Shown: one piece after another, positions 59,613 to 64,000 of the stretch
Position numbering within the stretch: position 1 is the stretch's first letter
Layout: each line of letters starts with the position of its first letter
Source of the DNA: Nitrospirota bacterium
GTDB taxonomy: Bacteria; Nitrospirota; UBA9217
Assembly (NCBI GenBank): GCA_963740085.1
Contig: CAVUCU010000004.1
Span: 96,001 to 160,000 of the forward strand
DNA length: 64,000 bases
Reading direction: 5' to 3'
Notes under the pieces: model-generated
Databases searched by the model: none
What the model was told of the DNA's origin: nothing
What the model saw: the letters and a program-made list of their open reading frames with translations, nothing else
Translations under genes and position numbers: made by a program

Positions 59613-60818
59613 ATGAAGTTTAACACAATAGAAGAGGCTGTTGAAGATATCAAGAACGGCAAGATGGTCATCCTTGTTGATGATGAGGACCGGGAGAACG
59701 AAGGAGACCTTACCATGGCTGCGGAGGCCATAACGCCGGAGGCCATAAATTTCATGGCCATGCACGGTCGCGGGCTCATCTGCCTGTCGCTCACGTCAGA
59801 GCGCGTGGAACAACTGCAACTCCCGATGATGACCACGGACAACACATCGTCGTTCGGAACGGCGTTCACTATTTCCATCGAGGCGAAAAAGGGCGTGACC
59901 ACGGGCATTTCCGCGGCTGACCGGGCCGTGACGATCAAAACGGCCATAGACCCCAAGTCCAAGCCAGCGGACCTGGCCCGGCCCGGGCATGTGTTCCCGC
60001 TCCGCGCACGAGTGGGCGGCGTGCTTCAGCGCGCCGGCCAGACCGAAGGGTCCGTGGACCTTGCCCGGCTTGCAGGATTGTATCCGGCAGGCGTGATCTG
60101 CGAGATCATGAACGATGACGGCACAATGTCCCGTGTCCCGCAGCTCATGGAATTCGCCAAAAAGTTCCACCTAAAGATCATCACGGTGAAGGACCTGATC
60201 GCCTATCGGATCAGAAAAGAGTCGCTTGTGCGCAGGGTAGCGGTCACGAAAATGCCGACCAGCCACGGGAGCGACTTTACCGCCATCCTCTATGCGAATG
60301 ACATCGATCGGATGAACCACATCGCTCTGGTAAAGGGAGAGATCAAGCCCGAGGATGAGGTCCTCGTGCGGGTACACTCCGAGTGCCTCACCGGCGACGT
60401 ATTCGGTTCGCTCAGGTGCGACTGCGGCGACCAACTCCACAACGCAATGAAGATAATCGACGATGAGGGCAAGGGCGTGATCCTCTACATGCGCCAGGAA
60501 GGTCGCGGCATAGGCATTGAAGGCAAGCTCAAGGCATACGAACTTCAGGACAAGGGCAAGGACACGGTTGAGGCGAACCTTGCGCTCGGATTCAAGGCCG
60601 ATCTCAGGGACTACGGCGTCGGTGCACAGATCCTGCGCGACCTTGGTGTCCGCAAGATCCGGCTGCTTACGAATAATCCCAAAAAGATCGTGGGTCTCGA
60701 AGGCTATGGCTTGACCGTCGTATCGCGCATACCGATCGAAACGCATCCCCATGCCAAGAACATCCATTACCTTAAGGTGAAGAAGAACAAGATGGGTCAT
60801 ATACTAGAGAAAGTCTAA
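59613..60818 (+). CDS. ribBA: Bifunctional DHBP synthase / GTP cyclohydrolase II
   Basis: [38 protein letters not shown]. Confidence 0.97.
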   Translation: MKFNTIEEAVEDIKNGKMVILVDDEDRENEGDLTMAAEAITPEAINFMAMHGRGLICLSLTSERVEQLQLPMMTTDNTSSFGTAFTISIEAKKGVTTGISAADRAVTIKTAIDPKSKPADLARPGHVFPLRARVGGVLQRAGQTEGSVDLARLAGLYPAGVICEIMNDDGTMSRVPQLMEFAKKFHLKIITVKDLIAYRIRKESLVRRVAVTKMPTSHGSDFTAILYANDIDRMNHIALVKGEIKPEDEVLVRVHSECLTGDVFGSLRCDCGDQLHNAMKIIDDEGKGVILYMRQEGRGIGIEGKLKAYELQDKGKDTVEANLALGFKADLRDYGVGAQILRDLGVRKIRLLTNNPKKIVGLEGYGLTVVSRIPIETHPHAKNIHYLKVKKNKMGHILEKV

Positions 60819-60844
60819 AAGTACAGAGTACAAAGTACAAAGTG
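60817..60844. repeat. 7-nt tandem repeat (aaagtac x4) between ribBA and ribH
   Basis: aaagtac agagtac aaagtac aaagtgc. Confidence 0.8.
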
Positions 60845-60862
60845 CATGGCATGGAGGGTTTG

Positions 60863-61330
60863 ATGGCGAAGATAATCCAGGGAGAGTTGGGCGGCAAGGG
60901 CCTGAAGGTGGGCATTGTCGCGGCCCGGTTCAACGATTTTATCACGAGCAGGCTGGTGGATGGCGCTCTCGATGGATTGCAGCGGCACGGAGTGGCCGAG
61001 GCCGACATTGAGATCGTGAGGGTCCCCGGGGCATATGAGATCCCGCTTGTTGCGAAGAGGCTTGCGCGAACAAAGAAATACAACGTCATCATCTGTCTCG
61101 GCGCGGTGATTCGCGGCGCCACACCGCATTTCGAGTATGTAAGCGCCGAGGTGAGCAAGGGTGTGGCTTCGGTTTCGATGGAATCGGACCTGCCTATCAT
61201 CTTCGGCGTCCTGACCACCGATACCATTGAACAGGCGATCGAGCGCGCCGGCTCCAAGAGCGGCAACAAGGGCTGGGACGCGGCCCTCTCCGCTATAGAG
61301 ATGGCGAATGTCATGAAACAGTTGGCCTAA
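60863..61330 (+). CDS. ribH: 6,7-dimethyl-8-ribityllumazine synthase
   Basis: [27 protein letters not shown]. Confidence 0.97.
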   Translation: MAKIIQGELGGKGLKVGIVAARFNDFITSRLVDGALDGLQRHGVAEADIEIVRVPGAYEIPLVAKRLARTKKYNVIICLGAVIRGATPHFEYVSAEVSKGVASVSMESDLPIIFGVLTTDTIEQAIERAGSKSGNKGWDAALSAIEMANVMKQLA

Positions 61331-61371
61331 CAGGGGATGCATGCACGGGAACGGCGGTCAGGCGACAGGGT

Positions 61372-61806
61372 ATGAAGAGACGCAAGGCAAGGGAGTACGC
61401 GCTCCAGGTATTGTTCCAGCTCGATATCAGAAAAGAGAAGCCTTCAGCTGTCGTCTTGAGGCATTTTTGGACAGAGTACCAGCCGGACGACGAGGTCAAG
61501 GTCTTTGCCGAAGAGATCATCAAGGGGACCTATAAACATCTTGCTGAAATCAACAAGCTGATCCACGCGTGTGCAAAGAACTGGAGCCTCGACCGCATGG
61601 CCGTGGTTGACCGCAATGTGCTCAGAATGGCGGTGTATGAAATTCTCCACCGGATGGATATTCCTACCAGTGTAACCATCAACGAGGCCATCGAAATCGC
61701 CAAAAAATACGGCACCGAAGAATCAGGGTCGTTTGTGAACGGCATTCTGGACAGCGTTGCCAGGACGACCGGCAACCTCGATGAGGGAAAGACGGGGTCG
61801 AAGTAA
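61372..61806 (+). CDS. nusB: Transcription antitermination factor NusB
   Basis: RRKARE, WSLDRM, INEAIEIAKKY, FVNGILD; follows ribH. Confidence 0.96.
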   Translation: MKRRKAREYALQVLFQLDIRKEKPSAVVLRHFWTEYQPDDEVKVFAEEIIKGTYKHLAEINKLIHACAKNWSLDRMAVVDRNVLRMAVYEILHRMDIPTSVTINEAIEIAKKYGTEESGSFVNGILDSVARTTGNLDEGKTGSK

Positions 61807-61943
61807 GTTCGGTTTTACCTCATGGCGCGAAGACAAAAGAGGTCCTTACTGTTCAGCGTCCCATACCCCGCGATTTTGCATCTGCGCGTGATTTTTTATT
61901 TTTTACGAGACCATCAAAGAGCGAGCCGCAGGAAGAAGAGGCG

Positions 61944-62456
61944 ATGTCCAGCGTGACGGTGAAGGTAATCCTCCAGGACATTAAAAAACTGGCGACAGAA
62001 GCCCTGATCGTCGGTATCTATGAGGATGTCCGGCCGCTGAAAGGCATTGCCGGAGAGCTCGACTGGCTGCTCTGCGGCGTTCTCTCCTCTCTCGTGCTCA
62101 CAAAGAAGCTCCGCGGATCGCTCGGTGAAGTGGCCCTCGTCACCTCACAGGGCAAGGTGCCCGCGCAAAAGATCTTCCTGGTGGGATTGGGACCTCGGGC
62201 AGGGTTGACTCCGGCAACGCTGAAAAGCGCTGCCAGGAACGCGGCGGCGAGCGCGGTAGGAGCGGGTGTCAGGAGCGCGGCAATTGAATATTTTCCGTCC
62301 TCCGATATGCCTCAGGATGGCGGGGTTACCGCTCTGCATCAGGGTTTGAACGAGGGCGCCGGCGGACGCGGCTTCGATGTCCTCTTGATCGCGTCGGATG
62401 CCGGTGCCTACGAATCGATTTCCCGATCGCTTGCTGAACCCAGAATGAGCATTTAG
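61944..62456 (+). CDS. Stand-alone leucyl aminopeptidase (M17) N-terminal domain protein
   Basis: EDVRPLKG.AG.LDW.L.G, FLVGLG; no catalytic domain. Confidence 0.75.
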   Translation: MSSVTVKVILQDIKKLATEALIVGIYEDVRPLKGIAGELDWLLCGVLSSLVLTKKLRGSLGEVALVTSQGKVPAQKIFLVGLGPRAGLTPATLKSAARNAAASAVGAGVRSAAIEYFPSSDMPQDGGVTALHQGLNEGAGGRGFDVLLIASDAGAYESISRSLAEPRMSI

Positions 62457-62600
62457 ACACGGAAAAACCGGATATTACCATCTGATAAAAGCGGGTGAAA
62501 ATAGGGTCAGCTATTCGTGAGAGCCCATCACCCAACGGGTGAACTGATTTCGTTCGGAACATCCGATTTTATCCGATGTTGATCCGCATCTATCCATGGC
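62456..62600. repeat. Degenerate inverted ~10-nt period array upstream of purB
   Basis: gacacggaaaaaccggat..ctgataaaagcgggt versus atccgatttt atccgatgttg atccgcatct atccatggc. Confidence 0.65.
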
Positions 62601-62642
62601 AAATGCCGTTTCCAAAATGAATAACGTGACCAGGAGTATCCG

Positions 62643-63944
62643 ATGATCCCTCGCTACAGCAGGCCGGAGATGACCCGTCTCTGGGAACCCGAGAACAGAT
62701 ACCGCACCTGGCTCGAGGTTGAGATCCTTGCCTGCGAGGCCAACGCAAAACTGGGGCTGATCCCGGCAAGGGCGCTCGCAACCATCAAGAAAAAAGCCGA
62801 CTTCAAGGTCAAGCGGATCGATGCCCTTGAAAGGACGGTGAAACACGACGTCATCGCCTTCCTGACCGCCGTCGGCGAGCATATCGGCCCTGATTCCCGG
62901 TACGTCCATCTCGGGCTCACATCCTCAGATGTCCTCGACACCTCGCTTGCCGTGCTCATGCGACGATCATCGGACATTATCGTCGACGATATCCGCCTCG
63001 TTCTCAAAACGCTCAAGAAGAAGGCTTTGCGGTATAAAAAAACGGCAATGATCGGCCGTTCACACGGTGTGCATGCAGAGCCGGTGACCTTCGGCCTCAA
63101 GATGGCCCTCTGGTTCGAGGAAATGCAGCGCGCCCTCGATCGCATGCTGCGGGCACGGGACGTGATCAGCGTCGGCAAGGTTTCGGGTGCAGTCGGGACC
63201 TTCGCGAACATCGACCCTTTTGTAGAGATGTATGTCTGCCGCAAACTGGCGCTTAAACCCGAACCGGTTGCGACACAGGTGGTGCAGCGCGACCGGCACG
63301 CCGAGTTTCTGACGGTGCTTGCGCTCATTGCGTCGTCGATCGAAAAATTCTCCCTTGAACTCCGCCATCTTCAACGGACCGAGGTTCTTGAGGCGGAGGA
63401 GTATTTTTCAGAAGGCCAGAAGGGTTCCTCGGCAATGCCGCATAAACGGAACCCGATCTCGGCCGAGAATCTGTCCGGTCTTGCCCGCGTCGTGCGCGCG
63501 AACTCCATCGCGGCGATGGAGAATGTCGCTCTCTGGCACGAGCGGGACATCAGCCATTCGTCGGTCGAGCGGATCATCATACCCGACAGCACCATCCTCG
63601 TTGACTACATGCTTGCGCGTTTCAATACCCTGATCGACGGGCTTTTTGTTTATCCCAAGAACATGCAACGCAATATGGCCATCTCCCGGGGGCTCTTTCA
63701 TTCGGAGACCGTGATGCTTGCACTTGTTGGCAAGGGGATCACTCGCGAGGCCGCATATTCCACTGTTCAGAGAAACGCGATGGATGTATGGAAACACGGC
63801 GGGGATTTCAAGCAGCTTTTGAAGAGCGACAAGGATATTCGCAAATATCTGAGCAGCAGGGAGATCGACGAGTGTTTTGACCTTTCACATACGCTCAGGA
63901 ACGTTGATTATATTTTCAAGAGGGTATTTAAAAAAAACCAGTAG
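62643..63944 (+). CDS. purB: Adenylosuccinate lyase
   Basis: MIPRYS, KHDV, GRSHG, GSSAMPHKRNP, HERDISHSS. Confidence 0.97.
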   Translation: MIPRYSRPEMTRLWEPENRYRTWLEVEILACEANAKLGLIPARALATIKKKADFKVKRIDALERTVKHDVIAFLTAVGEHIGPDSRYVHLGLTSSDVLDTSLAVLMRRSSDIIVDDIRLVLKTLKKKALRYKKTAMIGRSHGVHAEPVTFGLKMALWFEEMQRALDRMLRARDVISVGKVSGAVGTFANIDPFVEMYVCRKLALKPEPVATQVVQRDRHAEFLTVLALIASSIEKFSLELRHLQRTEVLEAEEYFSEGQKGSSAMPHKRNPISAENLSGLARVVRANSIAAMENVALWHERDISHSSVERIIIPDSTILVDYMLARFNTLIDGLFVYPKNMQRNMAISRGLFHSETVMLALVGKGITREAAYSTVQRNAMDVWKHGGDFKQLLKSDKDIRKYLSSREIDECFDLSHTLRNVDYIFKRVFKKNQ

Positions 63945-64000
63945 TCTCCCGAATGCACGAAGTCTCGAAGTAAACCATGCAGGTTTTTTTAGTGTCTTCG

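Noticed and set aside
62457-62642. Purine or ZTP riboswitch before purB
   Set aside because: No consensus match; the structure is explained by inverted repeat arms.

Overview
Chromosomal segment of a GC-rich Gram-negative bacterium. Gene content and style suggest Nitrospirota or a Deltaproteobacteria-like anaerobe (inference). The housekeeping backbone comprises PBP1A, ileS-lspA-lgt-rluD, rlmN, dtd, bamD, hisS, pgm, eno, rfaE2, pilB/gspE, glgP, fdhD, a NikR/NikMNQO nickel locus, ribE-ribBA-ribH-nusB and purB. Four accessory layers stand out. (1) A Crp/Fnr gene, a perfect FNR box and an A20-variant GEMM-I riboswitch (probable 3',3'-cGAMP ON-switch with an overlapping terminator) precede four Gly-linker surface proteins. 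(2) Two tandem decayed islands sit at tRNA-Leu(CAG); their att site appears to lie inside the integrase 3' end, so integration would swap the C-terminal tail. (3) A transketolase-like gene with a remodelled active site is coupled to a form IV RuBisCO-like protein. (4) About 15 intergenic arrays of 7-10 nt repeats, most of them inverted, are scattered through the window; two enclose small AT-rich cargo genes (GxxExxY nuclease, four-helix-bundle protein) and the rest are empty. Three genes carry single-base frameshifts that may be assembly errors. No CRISPR array or rRNA was found. All calls come from reading motifs by eye; no searches were run.
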